Below the pieces are notes generated by a model. That model did no database searches, was not told the DNA's origin, and worked only from the letters and a program-made list of their open reading frames with translations. The position numbers and the translations under genes are program-made. 64,000 nucleotides of DNA from Octopus sinensis (Eukaryota): NCBI RefSeq assembly GCF_006345805.1, contig NC_043017.1, forward strand, positions 7,192,001-7,256,000, read 5' to 3'. The first letter of the stretch is position 1, and every line of letters begins with the position of its first letter. This document shows positions 1-13,412 of the stretch, one piece after another.

Positions 1-861
1 GTTGTGGTGATGGCAGTGGTGGTGGTAGTGGTTGTTGTCGTTTCTGATACTGGAGGTAGTGGCAATGGCAGTGGTGGTAGAGGAGGTGCTGGTGGCGGTG
101 GAGGCAGTGGTGATGGTGGTGGTGGTGGTGGTGTCTGTGGTTGCAGAGGTATATTGTCGGACACATCATGGGGGAATTACGATAATAAGCTGCCTCAGTC
201 AACTTAAGGACAAGTGTCACTCGGTCGAGTCTTTATAGAAACATGCGTATGTCATAACACGTATATGTCATTCATATGCTAACACAACAACCTGAGGACA
301 TTGAAATTCATGTTACGTTAAACACACATAAACTCCTAAAATAGACTGGGATTTTTTCTCATTTATTATTCTAATAATTAATTAATTTATTTATTTTATA
401 ATTTATCAAATTATTATATATCAAATTGTTTTTTTTTTCATGATAATAATGAGGGTTTGATAGGTCTATAAATTTTTATAATTCTGCAGCAGGTAAGTTT
501 TAGCAGTGGTTGATATAAACCAGAACAGTGCAATAGGAATGGGGTCTACTTTATTTTGAAGATAACATGTGACAGCACAAAAGCAAACTGCCCTGCCTGG
601 GACCATAAACACACAGTTACCATCTGAAGGAATTGAATGCGCAACCATTCGGTGAGTAACCTGTTATTTTAATCACATAGTATAATAACAATATCTTGTA
701 GTTAGTATCCATTTATACAATGTTTATAGTAGTGGTTCCCAACCTTTTCACAGTGGTTCCCAGGAATGGTTCCCCGACCCTTTTATTTAAATGAGTTTTC
801 CCACAGACCCCTTTTAATATGCTTATCCTCAGCTGCTCCTGCTTAAACCATCAATTGTCTG

Positions 862-1248
862 TACTCTTTACTCTTTTACTTGTTTCAGTCATTTGACTGT
901 GGCCATGCTGGAACACCACCTTTAGTTGAGCAAATCGAGCCTAGTACTTATTCTATCGGTCTCTTTTGCCAAACCACTAAATTACGGGGACGTAAACACA
1001 CCACCATCGGTTTTCAAGTGATGTTGGGGGAACAAACACAGACATATACACACACACATACATATATATATATACACATATACACGACGGGCTTCTTTCA
1101 GTTTCCGTCTACCAAATCCACTCACAAGGCTTTGGTCAGCCCGAGGCTATAGTAGAAGACACTTGCCCAAGGTGCCATGCAGTAGGACTGAACCCAGAAC
1201 CACGTGGTAGGTAAACAAGCTACTTACCACATAGCCACTCCTGCACCT
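862..1248 (-). mobile_element. SINE family B (full length)
   Basis: Reverse complement of the 8734-9142 element. Confidence 0.85.
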
Positions 1249-4057
1249 AAACTATTCCTTCAAATTTACGTTCTGAGTTCAAATTCTGCTGAAGTCAACT
1301 TATCCTTCATCCTTTCGGGGTCGATTAAATAAGTACCAGTTATGCACTGGAGTCAATGTAATCGACTTAATCCCTTTGTATGACCTTGTCTGTACCCTCT
1401 ATGTTTATCCTCCTGTGGGCAATAAAGAAATATTCGTTGGTTACTAAGGTGGCAAGCTGGCAGAAACGTTAGCACGCTGGGAAAAATGCTTTGTGGTATT
1501 TCATCTGTCTTTATGTTCTGAGTTCAAATTCCACTGAGGTCAGCTTTGCCTTTCATCCATTAGGGGTCGATAAATTAAGTACCAGTTGTGCACTGGGATC
1601 GATCTAATTAACTGCCCCCACCAAAAACAAAAATTGGGGGCCTTGTGCCTAGAGTAGAAAAAATTCTTTCAGTACCTGTTAATCAGCAGGATCGATGTAA
1701 TCGACTTAATTCCTTTGTCTGTCCTTGTGTTGTCCCCTCTATGTTTAGACCCCGCCCCTCTGCAGGCAATAAAAAAATAAATATATAATCATCGTCATCA
1801 TTAGCATGGCTTTCGTATCCACTGTTTTTCATGCTACCACGGGTCGGAAAGAATTTGATGAGGTAGATTTTTCTATGTCCAGATACCCTTCCTGTTGCCA
1901 ACCATTACAGTTTGCCAAGCAAAGTAATATTTACTTATGATCAGGTAAGACTAAAAACAAACAACACCGCTTGTATGATGGTGTTACTCATTTACAACTA
2001 CCGTGTGTGTTTGTGTACCTGCATGCGAAGAGAAGCAAACACACAATATATATACATGCACACACACACATATACATATGAATATATACACACATACATG
2101 TCATAGGCTTCTTTCAGTTTCCATCTTCAAAATCCACTCTAATTATTTTGGTTGGCCCAGGGCTAAGGCCATGCAGTGGGAGGCTTCTTAACTACAGTCA
2201 TGACTTGTCCAACAATTACCAGCATGGGAAGCAGACGTAAAACAATGTTCATTCAAGCACACACAATGGACTTCTTTCAGTTTTCATTTATCAAATCCAC
2301 TCACAAAGCTTTGATTGGCCCAGGGTTGATATACAGGGTGGCCCAAAAGTAGGTTTAAAGTTGTTCAACTTTCTCTTCTGCATTCATATATTAACAGTTT
2401 ACATCTTAATTATAAAAACACATGCACACACACAACGGACTCTTTCAGTTTGCGTTTATGAAATCAAATCACATGGCTTTGATTGGCCCAGTTCTATCAT
2501 AGGAGATATTTTCAGTAAGATTGAACTTCAGAGCACATGGTTGAGAACCTTGCTTCTCAACCACACAGCTAAGCCTGTGCCCATATATATTCTTTTATTC
2601 CTTAATTCTTTCACTGGTTTCAGTCATTTGACTGCGGCCATGTTGGAGCACCCCCTTTAGTTGAATAAATTGACCCCAGGACTTATTCTTTGTAAGCCTA
2701 GTACTTATTCTACCAATGTCTTTTGCCAAACCCCTAAGTTACGAGGACATACACCAACATGGGTTGTCAAGCGATGGTGATGGGGAAAAACGCAGACACA
2801 CAAACATATACATATATATACATATACATATACACATATACATATACACACACACACATATATATATATATTATATATATATATACGGCGAGCTTCTTTC
2901 AGTTTCTTATTTCTTTATTGCCCACAAGGGGCTAAACACAGAGAGGACAGATATAGGAATTAAGTCGATTACATCGACCCCAGTGCGTAACTGGTGCTTA
3001 ATTTATTGACCTTGAAAGGATGAAAGGCAAAGTCAACCTTGGCAGAATTTGAACTCAGAATGTAACAGCAGACGAAATACTGCTAAGCATTTCGCCCGGT
3101 GTGCTAACGTTTCTGCCAACTCGCCGCCTTTCAGTTTCAGTTTCTGTCTACCAAATCCACTCACAAGGCTTTAGTTGACCAGAGGCTATAGTAGAAGCCA
3201 CTTGCCCCAGGTCCCATACAGTGGAACTGAACTTGGAACCATGTGGTTGGGAAGCAAGCATCTTACCACGCATGCTCATACGTCGTAAAACCGTGCACAG
3301 AGCGAAGTCTGTGGGTCAATTTTGTATTTCATATTTTCGGGGTCAATAAACTAATTACCAATTGAGCTCTGGGGTTGGCTGGCCTTGTGAGATGAAAGTA
3401 ATTTAATCTGTGTATCATCAAATGGCTTCATATGATTCTTTCAACGATGCTTGTTTCAAAACACAATCTCGGAGAAATTTGCTAAGACAAATTCAACGAA
3501 AAAATAGAGAAAGTAGAGTTATCTCCCTTGTATAAGCGATTCACCAAAGCCATGTGCGTGTGTGCTTACTTGTGTGTGTGTGTATGCAAGTCATTATTCA
3601 GTTTTATTTCAAGATTTCTTGTCAATAGAGAAAGAGCCGATTTCTAACCTAGATCCAAGTCTCCTTCATTGGAATTTCAACATCAACAACAGGGTATGTA
3701 TGTATGTATGTATGTATGTATGTATGTATGTATGTGGGTATGTATGTATGTATGTATGTACGTATGTATGCATGCATGCATGCATGCATGCATGTATGTA
3801 TGTTTGTATGTATGTATGTATGTATGTATGTATGTGTACGTGCAGATTTGTATATGTTTTGCTTTATGTATGTCTTCTCATGCATACACTTGCCTATCTA
3901 GACATGTTCATATATACTTAAATGAAGTGTGTGTGTGTGTATCAAAATTCTATGCATTTATTTGTAAAGTTAAGGAAGTTATTAAAATTTGAAACCCATC
4001 AGTGATTTTGGGGACACCCTGTAGTAAGGTGACAGAAAGCCCTGAGTATGATTTTAA

Positions 4058-4277
4058 CTCTTTAGCATTTTGAACCCACCATATCTGACCCAAATAGTCC
4101 ATCCATTTTACGTTCAAACTGACTATATCTGGCCTCTCACACTGACCCTACAATCTCATCTAAAAATAAACAATCACATCATCGAAATCTTGAAGTTACA
4201 AGATAATGCATGATTAATTCAAAACAATGTGGATAGATAAGGGTTACATTTGAGAAAATAATCTGAGTGCTGAAGGG
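4058..4277. mobile_element. piggyBac-like MITE (TTAA-flanked)
   Basis: TTAA-CTCTTTAGCATT ... AGTGCTGAAGGG-TTAA. A related copy lies at ~61325-61537. Confidence 0.55.
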
Positions 4278-5592
4278 TTAAACTGCATCTAATTGTGGGT
4301 CCCTGGTTGAGGTGTTCCAGGGTTTTAAAATTGCTACTACTCTGACCCAGAGTAGTAGCGACTGTCAGGGTCTCAACTATTGGTTAATTAGAAAGTCAGC
4401 TGAGCAGATTGAGCTCATTAGCTTGGTCAGGGTGTGTGTGTGTGTGGTGGTGGTAGTGGGATTATCAACCTACGAGGAGAAGGAAAACCCCTGATTCCAA
4501 ACTTCTGTGACCATACTCTGCCATGGCTTCAGGAGTAAATCTTGTGGGAAAAATTGAGAGTTGAGGCCCCTGAAGCAGTACAACATTGTCTACAATCTCC
4601 TTCTGGCAACCAGAACTGCAATCATCATCTTCATCATCATAATCATCATCATTTAACGTTCATTTTCCATGCTGGCATGGGTTGGATGGCTTGAGAGGAA
4701 CTAGCAAAGCCAGGAACCACACCAGGTTCCAGTCTGATTTGGCATAGTTTCTACAACTGGAGGCCCTTCCTAATGCCAATCATTTTACAGAGTGTGCTGG
4801 ATGCTTTTTACAGGTGTTTTTTCTTTCATGTGGCACCAGCACCAACAGAGTCACCAGTACCTTGCATGACAAAAACTCCTCATCTGGGCGTGGGGGAGTA
4901 GTACTGAGGGTATGTGGCTTTGTTCCAGTTGAGAGATTTAAGGTATAAAGGGGACAGATACAGGTGTCTTGCTGTAGAATAGATAAATGGATACCCCAGT
5001 TGGAAAATGGAGGAAAGTGAGCTGGGGATAAAGAGAGTGATAGTCAGCTGATGACAGAGATGTGTTGGGACAGTGGCAAACTGTAACAGCCATGCTTGTT
5101 CCTTTGGATCCATCAGTGATGTGGACAAATGGGATGCACTACATGAACAACCTGTCCTCCGTTCCATGCTGCCCAGGCTTGGGTCCTATTGGTCATCCTA
5201 TACTAGAGAGATCGATGAATACAGTGGAAGAAAGGAAGATCAGGTCAGGTGTGGGAACAGACACTGTTGCAGCATTCACCATTTGTTGGTATATTTCCGG
5301 GTCCTTGTAGGCAACCCATCAAGCAGAGTCCCAGTTGGTCCCCATCTTTGCAGGATACATGCTTATCTGCCATGTCCACGTGGAATGTCGTCAATTAACA
5401 CAAGCTATCGACCCAGCAAGATCCTCAGTGAAGAGGACATGATTAGCAGGGTCTATCTTTGAAAATCAAGTAACATGTTCAAACAGCCTGAGCTGGTGAT
5501 CCCGGATCATACAAAGGACAAGTAAAGCAGATCCATGGAAAAGAATGCAATGTCATTACCAGTTCAAATAAGATTGAGGCATGTTTGGACAC

Positions 5593-6056
5593 GTTGATCC
5601 TGCCACTAGTTATATGCCTGTCTCAAAGCCGTAAGTGAACAGTAAAACTGCAAATGGTTCAGGAACCAGACTTAATCCTCAGGACCATACCTGGTTGATC
5701 CTGCCAGTAGTAATATGTTTGTCTCAAAACTTAAACCATGTAAGTGTAAGTTCATGCTGTAAATGAATGGTGAAGCCATGGATGGATCAGGAACTGGACC
5801 TAATCTTCAGGACCATACCTGGTTGATCCTGCCAGTAGTCATATGCTTGTCTTAAAACTTAAGCCATGCAAGTGTAAGTTCATGCCGTAAACAAATGGTG
5901 AAGCCATGAATGGCTCAGGAACCGGATCTAATCCTTGGGACCATACCTGGTTGATCATGCCAGTAGTCATATGCTTGCATCAAAAGCTTAAGCCATGCCA
6001 TAAACAAATGGTGAAACCATGAATGGCTCAGGAACTGGACCTAATCCTCAGGACCA
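5593..6056 (+). repeat. Tandem array (128-bp period, ~4 units) of 18S rRNA 5'-end fragments plus a ~28-nt linker
   Basis: TACCTGGTTGATCCTGCCAGTAGTCATATGCTTGTC...AAGCCATGC...GGTGAA...GAATGGCTCA starts at 5688, 5816 and 5944, with a partial copy at 5593. Each is followed by a linker like GGAACCGGACCTAATCCTCAGGACCA. Units are diverged from each other. Confidence 0.9.
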
Positions 6057-6299
6057 GTCCAAATGTGTCACCAGCACATTTTGACTGGCAATAAATAACA
6101 TTGCATTTATACTCATCACTGCTTGGTGCTCCCACTCCACAGAAAAGAGAACCACAACTCAAACAGCCCTGGGGCAGCCCACAATTGCTGCACCTTATGT
6201 GAATGACGGAGATTGCCATTTGCACATCATACTCGTCAGCCACAGATAACACGGTTCCAGTAGGAAGGACAACCAGAACCTTCATCCCTGGTCATTAAT

Positions 6300-6680
6300 G
6301 ACTGTTGGATGCCGTAGCATAAATGTGGTTGTCGAGTGAAAGCTGTAGAGGTGCCTGTGGTAGTGGTGCTGATATGGTAGAGGCTGTTGTGATGTAGGAC
6401 TGGTCATAGTAAGAGAAGTACTGACACAGTATGGGATGTAGTAATGTGATAGTCATTGCAGCAGTGTGACAAAAGTTGTTGTAGTTTGGTAGCAGCTGTA
6501 GTGGTGTGGTGGTGGTAGTAGAGGCTGTAGAGATGTTGTAGAAGCTGCAATTATGTAGTAGTGGTACTGGTATGGCAGAGGCTGTTGCAGTAGAGGTGAT
6601 AGTTGTAGTGACTGTAGTGGTGGTTCTAGTACTTGTGGTTGTCAAGGCTACAATGCTACTGCTACTGCTACAGCAACAGC

Positions 6681-6723
<43 letters not shown>

Positions 6724-7780
6724 ATACCAGTGGTGGTGGTGGTGGTGATGGTGGAGGTAGTAGTGCAATGGTGGTGGTGGTGGTGATGGTGATGATGGTG
6801 GTTGTGGTAGTAGTAGTAGTGGTGGTGGTGGTGGTAACAGCAGCACTAGCAGTAGTAGTTGTAGTAGTGGTGATAGTGGTGGTAGTGGTGGTAGTGGTGG
6901 TAGTGGTGATGGTGGTGGTGGCTGCAGTCCATACACTGATGTTGGCTGTAGTGTGGTGCAATGATGGTAATGGTGCAGTGAGGTTTGTGGTGATGGTGGA
7001 GGTGACAACGGTGGTGGAACTGGTGTGGTAGTGATGCAGTGGTCGCTGCGGTGATGGTGGTGGTGGTGGTGGTGACTGTAGAAAATGTTATTGGTAGCCA
7101 CCATGACTGGAAGGAAGTGTGAGGCATTCTGGGTAAAAACAGATCTTGCATAACCTGGCAACAGTTTAAAGGAGAAAGAGCGGGGAGTAGAGGGAGTGAT
7201 AGATAGAGACAATGAGAGGAAAGGAGTAAGAGAGAGAGAGAGGAAAGCAGTGATAGCTAAACAGATAGTGAGAGAGAGAGAGAGAGAGAAGAAAGCAGTG
7301 ATAGGTAGGCAGATAGTGTTAGAGAGAGAAAAAGAGAGAAGAAAGCAGTGATAGATAGACAGAGAGAGAGAGGGAGAAAGAGAGAGAGAGGAAAGTAGTG
7401 ATAGACAGAGTGAGAGAGAGAGAGAAGAAAGCAGTGATAGATAGACAGAGTGAGAGAGAGGAAAGCAGTGATTGCTAGACAGATATTGAAAGAGAGAGAG
7501 AGAGAGAGAGAATGACAGATGTAGTCAGTAAAAGGGCGAGAAGGGAAAGATAGACAAGGAGAGATTGAGAGAAAGAGAGAGAGATTGATAGAGAAGAGAA
7601 AAAGTGAAATTACTAAGAGAAATGAGAAGCGAAGGGAGTGAAATGGTGAAGAGAGAGAGAGAGAGAGTGAGAGTGAGAGAGAGAGAGAGAGGAAGAAATA
7701 GTGTAAAGAGCAAGAAGCGAGAAAGAGAAGCAACAGAGGAAAGAGAAACAAAAGGTGAGAGAGAGAGAAAGAGAGAGTAG
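6300..7780. repeat. GTG/GTA low-complexity tract followed by a GA-rich tract with GAAAGCAGTGATAG units
   Basis: Degenerate triplet repeats 6300-7080, then (GA)n with about six GAAAGCAGTGATAG motifs at 7240-7480. Confidence 0.85.
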
Positions 7781-8208
7781 AGGTGTGTGCAAATAAAATG
7801 TGAACAGATTAGTTCTTTGTTGTTTTTTGTTTTTGTTGTATCTGTGTATGTGTGTAAGCAACTATGTGTAAGTACACGTGCATGTGTGAATAAACAACTA
7901 TGTGTATGTATGTATGCATGTACAAATGCATATGTGCACGTGAGTGTAAGCAGGTGTGTGTGTGTGTGTGTGTGAAAGTGTACAATACCTATTCAAGGAA
8001 ACTAAGAGTGCATTTTAGTGTACGTGAGTACAGTGTGTGTGTATATGGCTGCGTGGTAAGAAGCTTGCTTCCAAACCACATGGTACTGGGTTCAGTCCCA
8101 CTGCATGGCACCTTGGGCAAGTGTCTTCTACTATAGCCTTGGGCTGACCAAAACCTTGTGAGTGGATTTGGTAGACGGAAAACTGAAAGAAGCCTGCTGT
8201 ATATATGC

Positions 8209-8254
<46 letters not shown>

Positions 8255-8733
8255 TATGTGTGTGTGTGTGTGTATGCATATATATCTATGTGTCTTTGTG
8301 TATGTGTTTGTCCTCTACCACTGCTTCACAACCAGTGTTGGTGTGTTTACGTCCCTGTAACTTAGCGGCTCGGCAAAAAGAGACTGATAGCATTAGTACC
8401 AGGCTTAACAAAAATATGGAAACTGATGTCAATTCATTTGACTAAAAATTCTTCAAAACAGTGCTCCAGCATGGCCACAGTCTAATGACTGGAACTAGTA
8501 TAAGGTATATATCTCGTTGCTATTATGCAAAAGTATCGTAAGTCCAAAACATTGCTTTTTCAGAAAACGAAAAAATAGTTTCACCATTCCATAGCAAAAC
8601 TGTTGTGCTACACTTTGACAATTTTTGATATCTTGGCATCTGAAGCAGCTGGAGATACAACAGTTTGACCAAAAGAACTGGCTATTGCAGGCAAAAATAA
8701 ATATTTAAAAAAATAAATATTTAAAAAAAGAAT

Positions 8734-9142
8734 GGCACAGGAGTGGCTGTGTGGTAAGTAGCTTGCTAACCAACCACATGGTTCCGGGTTCAGTCCCACT
8801 GCGTGGCATCTTGGGCAAGTGTCTTCTGCTATAGCCCCGGGCCGACCAATGCCTTGTGAGTGGATTTGGTAGACGGAAACTGAAAGAAGCCTGTCGTATA
8901 TATGTATATATATATATATATGTGTGTGTGTGTTTGTGTGTCTGTGTATGTCCCCCTAGCATTGCTTGACAACCGATGCTGGTGTGTTTACGTCCCCGTC
9001 ACCTAGTGGTTCGGCAAAAGAGACCGATAGAATAAGTACTGGGCTTACAAAGAATAAGTCCTGGGGTTGAGTTGCTCGATTAAAGGCGGTACTCCAGCAT
9101 GGCCGCAGTCAAATGACTGAAACAAGTAAAAGAGCAAAAGAG
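8734..9142 (+). mobile_element. tRNA-head SINE, family B (full length, internal microsatellite)
   Basis: GGAGTGGCTGTGTGGTAAG...GGTTCAGTCCC...GGAAACTGAAAGAAGCC-(TA/TG)n-...GGCCGCAGTCAAATGACTGAAACAAGTAAAAGAG. Many copies occur in the window. Confidence 0.85.
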
Positions 9143-9439
9143 AATGCATTTGGCTGAATTTGGACATATGACAGTTTAACATAATAGCAACAATATATAC
9201 ATCGAAAGGACGAAAGGTCATTCTTGAGCCATAGGCTCATAAAATCAGTTCCCCCAGATTCTGTGGCATATATATTACCCCTGAATGGGATGCCAGTCCA
9301 TTGCAGAATTATTCAACTATTTGCTTTTGCCAGCTGGGCAATGTGAAGTGTCTTGCTCAAGAACACAATGCACTGCCGAGTCCAGGATTTGAAATCACAA
9401 CCATACGATCATTAGTGCAATGCCCTAACCACTAAGCCA

Positions 9440-9459
9440 CACACACACACAAATTTTTT

Positions 9460-9505
<46 letters not shown>

Positions 9506-11280
9506 GGTATGTATGAGTGTGTGTGTGTGTGTGCGCACATATATGTACATGCATACATGTACAACTATGGTTGTGTGCATATAATTGTGTGGAATTATGT
9601 GTGTGTGTGTACATAAGTTTGTGTGTGTGTGTGTGTGTGTTTGTGTATGCATGTGTGTGTTTGTGTGTGTGTGTGTCTGTATGTTTGTGTGTGTGTCCTA
9701 GTGAGCTCTTGCACACATATAGCTGTGTCAGTGTGCATGCAAATGTACAAAATGTGTGTATGTATGTATGTATGTATGTATGTATGCATGTATGTGTGTA
9801 TGTATGTATGTATGTATGCACGTATGTATGTATGTATGTATGCATGTATGTATGCATGTATGTATGTATGTATGTATGTATGCACGTATGTATGCATGTA
9901 TGTATGCACGTACGTATGTATGTATGTATGTATGTATGTATGTATGTGTGTATGTATGTATGTATGCACGTATGTATGCATGTATGTATGTGTGTATGTA
10001 TGTATGTATGTATGTATGTATGTATGTATGTATGTATGTATGCATGTATGTATGTATGCACGTATGTATGCACGTATGTATGTATGTATGTATGTATGTA
10101 TGTGAGTAATATATATATGTATATGTATATATGTGTGTATGTACAAGTGCATCTGAGAGCACGTGCATGTATAAGTCCACGTGTATATAAAAATCACGTG
10201 TCTACTTGTACACGTGATTTTAGGGAATTGTGCAAGAGTGTGTGTATATGTGTATCGGTGAGAGCGCATATATGTGTGTGTGTGTGTGTGTATACTTGTG
10301 TGTGTCGTGCAGCAGTGTATGCATGCTTGCAACAACTGTATCCTGTTGTGTTTAAGTGCATGTGTGTATGTGTATGTATAAGCATGCATGTGCTTCTTCA
10401 TATGTGTGTGTGTGTGCATGTATGTATATGTGTGTGTGTGTGTGTCTGTCTGTTCATGCATGTTCTTTACGTATGTGTGTATATAAGAATATGTGCGTGT
10501 GTGTGCATAGCTTTGTGTGTGTGCATGTATAGCTGTGTGTATGTATAGCTGTGTATGTATGTGTGTATCTGTGCATGTATAGCTGTGTGTGTGTATATAT
10601 AGCTTTGTGTGTGTCTGTGCATGCATAGCTGTGTGTGTATGTGTGTGTGTATATAGCTTTGTGTGTGTCTGTGCATGCATAGCTGTGTGTGTATGTGTGT
10701 GTCTGTGCATGCATAGCTGTGTGTGTATGTGTGTATGTGTATAGCTTTGTGTGTGTCTGTGCATGCATAGCTGTGTGTGTATGTGTGTGTCTGTGCATGC
10801 ATAGCTGTGTGTGTATGTGTGTGTGTATATAGCTTTGTGTGTGTCTGTGCATGCATAGCTGTGTGTGTATGTGTGTGTCTGTGCATGCATAGCTGTGTGT
10901 GTATATAGCTTTGTGTGTGTCTGTGCATGCATAGCTGTGTGTGTATGTGTGTGTGTATATAGCTTTGTGTGTGTCTGTGCATGCATAGCTGTGTGTGTAT
11001 GTGTGTGTCTGTGCATGCATAGCTGTGTGTGTATGTGTGTGTGTGTATATAGCTTTGTGTGTGTCTGTGCATGCATAGCTGTGTGTGTATGTGTGTGTAT
11101 GTATAGCTTTGTGTGTGTCTGTGCATGCATAGCTGTGTGTCTATGTGTGTGTGTGTATAGCTTTGTATATGTGTGTGTATGTATAGCTGCTTGCATGTCT
11201 TGCTCTGTGTGTAAGTGCACGTGTATCTGAGTAATGCGTAAGTACACATATATCTATGTCTGTGTGTGTGTGTGTGTAGG
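9440..11280. repeat. Compound (TG)/(TATG) microsatellite and derived higher-order minisatellite
   Basis: (TATG)n at 9755-10105. From 10500 to 11170, subunits CTGTGCATGCATAGCT(GT)n and ATATAGCTTT(GT)n alternate. Confidence 0.9.
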
Positions 11281-12025
11281 TTTCAGTCTTGTCAACCTGT
11301 TCTTCTTTCTAACCCGTGATTGAATTAACTGTTGTATTAGCAGAATTGTAGCAGTTACAGACGAGGTTATTGGACAATCTTGACAGACTGTTACAACAAC
11401 AACAACAACAACAACAACAACTATGGCGACGAAGCCAGCAGCAGCAGCAGCAGCAAAAATTATTTTCCAAGGTCAACTTTGCCTTTCATCTTTTCCCGTG
11501 CAATTCAATGCAGTCAAGCACTGAGTTTCAATGCCACAAACTAACCACTCCATCTAGAAAACAATTGCAGGCTTTGTGCTGAGGCTGACTTTGCCTTTCT
11601 TCCTTTTGGGATCGATAAAATGAGTACCAGTGGAGGTGCAATGGCCCAGTGGTTAGGGCAGCGGACTCGCAGTCGGAGGATGGCGGTTTTGTTTCCCAGA
11701 CCAGGCGTTGTGTGTGTTTATTGAGCAAAAACACCTAAAAGCTCCACAAGGCTCCGGCAGGGGGTGGTGGCGACCCCTGTTGTACTCTTGCAATGTGTTC
11801 AGCCAACTCAGTTTTAACCCCTTAGAATTCAGATTATTCTGTCAAATGTTCTGCTTATTTATTCAAATTGTTTTGAATTAATTAAGCTTTGAATTAATTT
11901 TGTAGCTTCAAGAGTTTGATAATGTGGTAGTTTATTTTTAGAATGACCCTGTAGGGTTGGTGTGAGAGGTCAGATTTGCCCAATTTGAACATAAAAGCAG
12001 GTGGAATATTTTGGGTGAATATCGA

Positions 12026-12300
12026 TTGTGATTGTTACCAACGTCGCCTTACTGGTACCTGTGCCGGTGGCATGTGTAAAAAGATTTGAGCGAGGTCATT
12101 GCCAGTACCGCCTGACTGGCACGTAAAAAGCACCCACTACACTCTCGGAGTGGTTGGCGTTAGGAAGGGCATCCAGCTGTAGAAACTCTGCCAGATCAAG
12201 ACTGGAGCCTGGTGCAGCTGTCTGGTTCACCAGCCCTCAGTCAAAATCATCCAACCCATGCTAGCATGGAAAGCAGACATTAAACGATGATGACGATGAT
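12026..12300 (+). mobile_element. RTE-type 3' UTR/tail repeat ending in (GAT)n
   Basis: AAAAAGCACCCACTACACTCTCGGAGTGGTTGGCGTTAGGAAGGGCATCCAGCTGTAGAAAC...CCAACCCATGCTAGCATGGAAAG...TAAACGATGATGA. More than 10 copies occur in the window (e.g. 4640, 12370, 13010, 23960, 29270, 31680, 38618, 63800). The RTE assignment is inferred. Confidence 0.7.
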
Positions 12301-12969
12301 GTTCCAGTTTGAATACTGAAAGATTAAAACAATTTCAACACTCACTTTCATTTACATTCTGGTGCTGCATAAAAAGCACTCGGTCCACTCTGCAGGGTGG
12401 TTGGTGTTAGGAAGGGCACCCAGCCATAAAAACCATACCAAAATAGACACAGAAGTCTGGTGCAGTCCTCTGCCTGGCCAGCACCTTTTAAATCATTCAA
12501 CCCATGTCAGCATGGAAGGCAGACATTAGATGATGAATAAAACTTCTAAAAAGCTGACAACTGACTGTGTGTGCTGTAACCCCAGACAGCACCTGGTTCT
12601 GTGTGTTGAGTTTTATGGAGGTGACATATCAGCCCTAGAGGATCCTTTTGAAGTTTCTGTTTTCTAGAAGCAGTGAATATCTAGCATAAGGGGCCTGGGT
12701 TGTACAGGGATGATGCCTGCAGTAATCGTTTTTAAACTTTTACTAATTTCAATCATTGGACTACAGCCATGCCAAGGCATTGCCTTCACTGGTTTTTAAG
12801 TCAATCATATTGACACCAGCACTTGTTTCAGTTTCATTCTGGTACTTATTTTATCACTCTCTATTTATTGACTGGCTAAGTCACCCTTTTGGACTCAAAG
12901 AAGCACTGCTTAACATACTTAACATGCATGTACAAACTGTGAGCATGTACACTGCTTAACATACATGTA

Positions 12970-13006
<37 letters not shown>

Positions 13007-13375
13007 GTGCTGGTGCCACATAAAAAGCACTGTACATTCTGTAAAGGGATTTGTGTTAGGAAGGGCATCCAATGGTAGAAACCATAGCAAAGTAAGCACA
13101 AGAGCTTATTGCAGTCCTCTGGTTCTTTGGTTCCAGTTGAACTGTCCAAACCATACTAGCACATAAAATAGAACATTAAATGATGATGACAATAGTGATG
13201 ATGACGATAATGATGATGATGACGGTTGTGATGATGACGATACTCAACATGCAAATGTCTTACAAACTCTGAGTTAAATTTGAAAGAGTGCAACTGACTG
13301 AAGCAAGATAAGAATTCTTCATTTGATAAAAATCTTTCTGTGTTGTTATATTATCTTTCTCTCCTCTCTGCTTCC

Positions 13376-13412
<37 letters not shown>

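Noticed and set aside
5593-6056. Functional 18S rRNA gene
   Set aside because: Only the first ~100 nt are present, repeated and mutated; no remainder of 18S, 5.8S or 28S.
6295-7212. 305-aa Pro/His/Thr-rich ORF
   Set aside because: Low-complexity triplet repeat read-through.
9459-11249. Long ORFs of 260-550 aa (HTHT/VCVC/MYVC)
   Set aside because: Translations of (TG)n/(TATG)n repeats that lack stops by composition; not genes.
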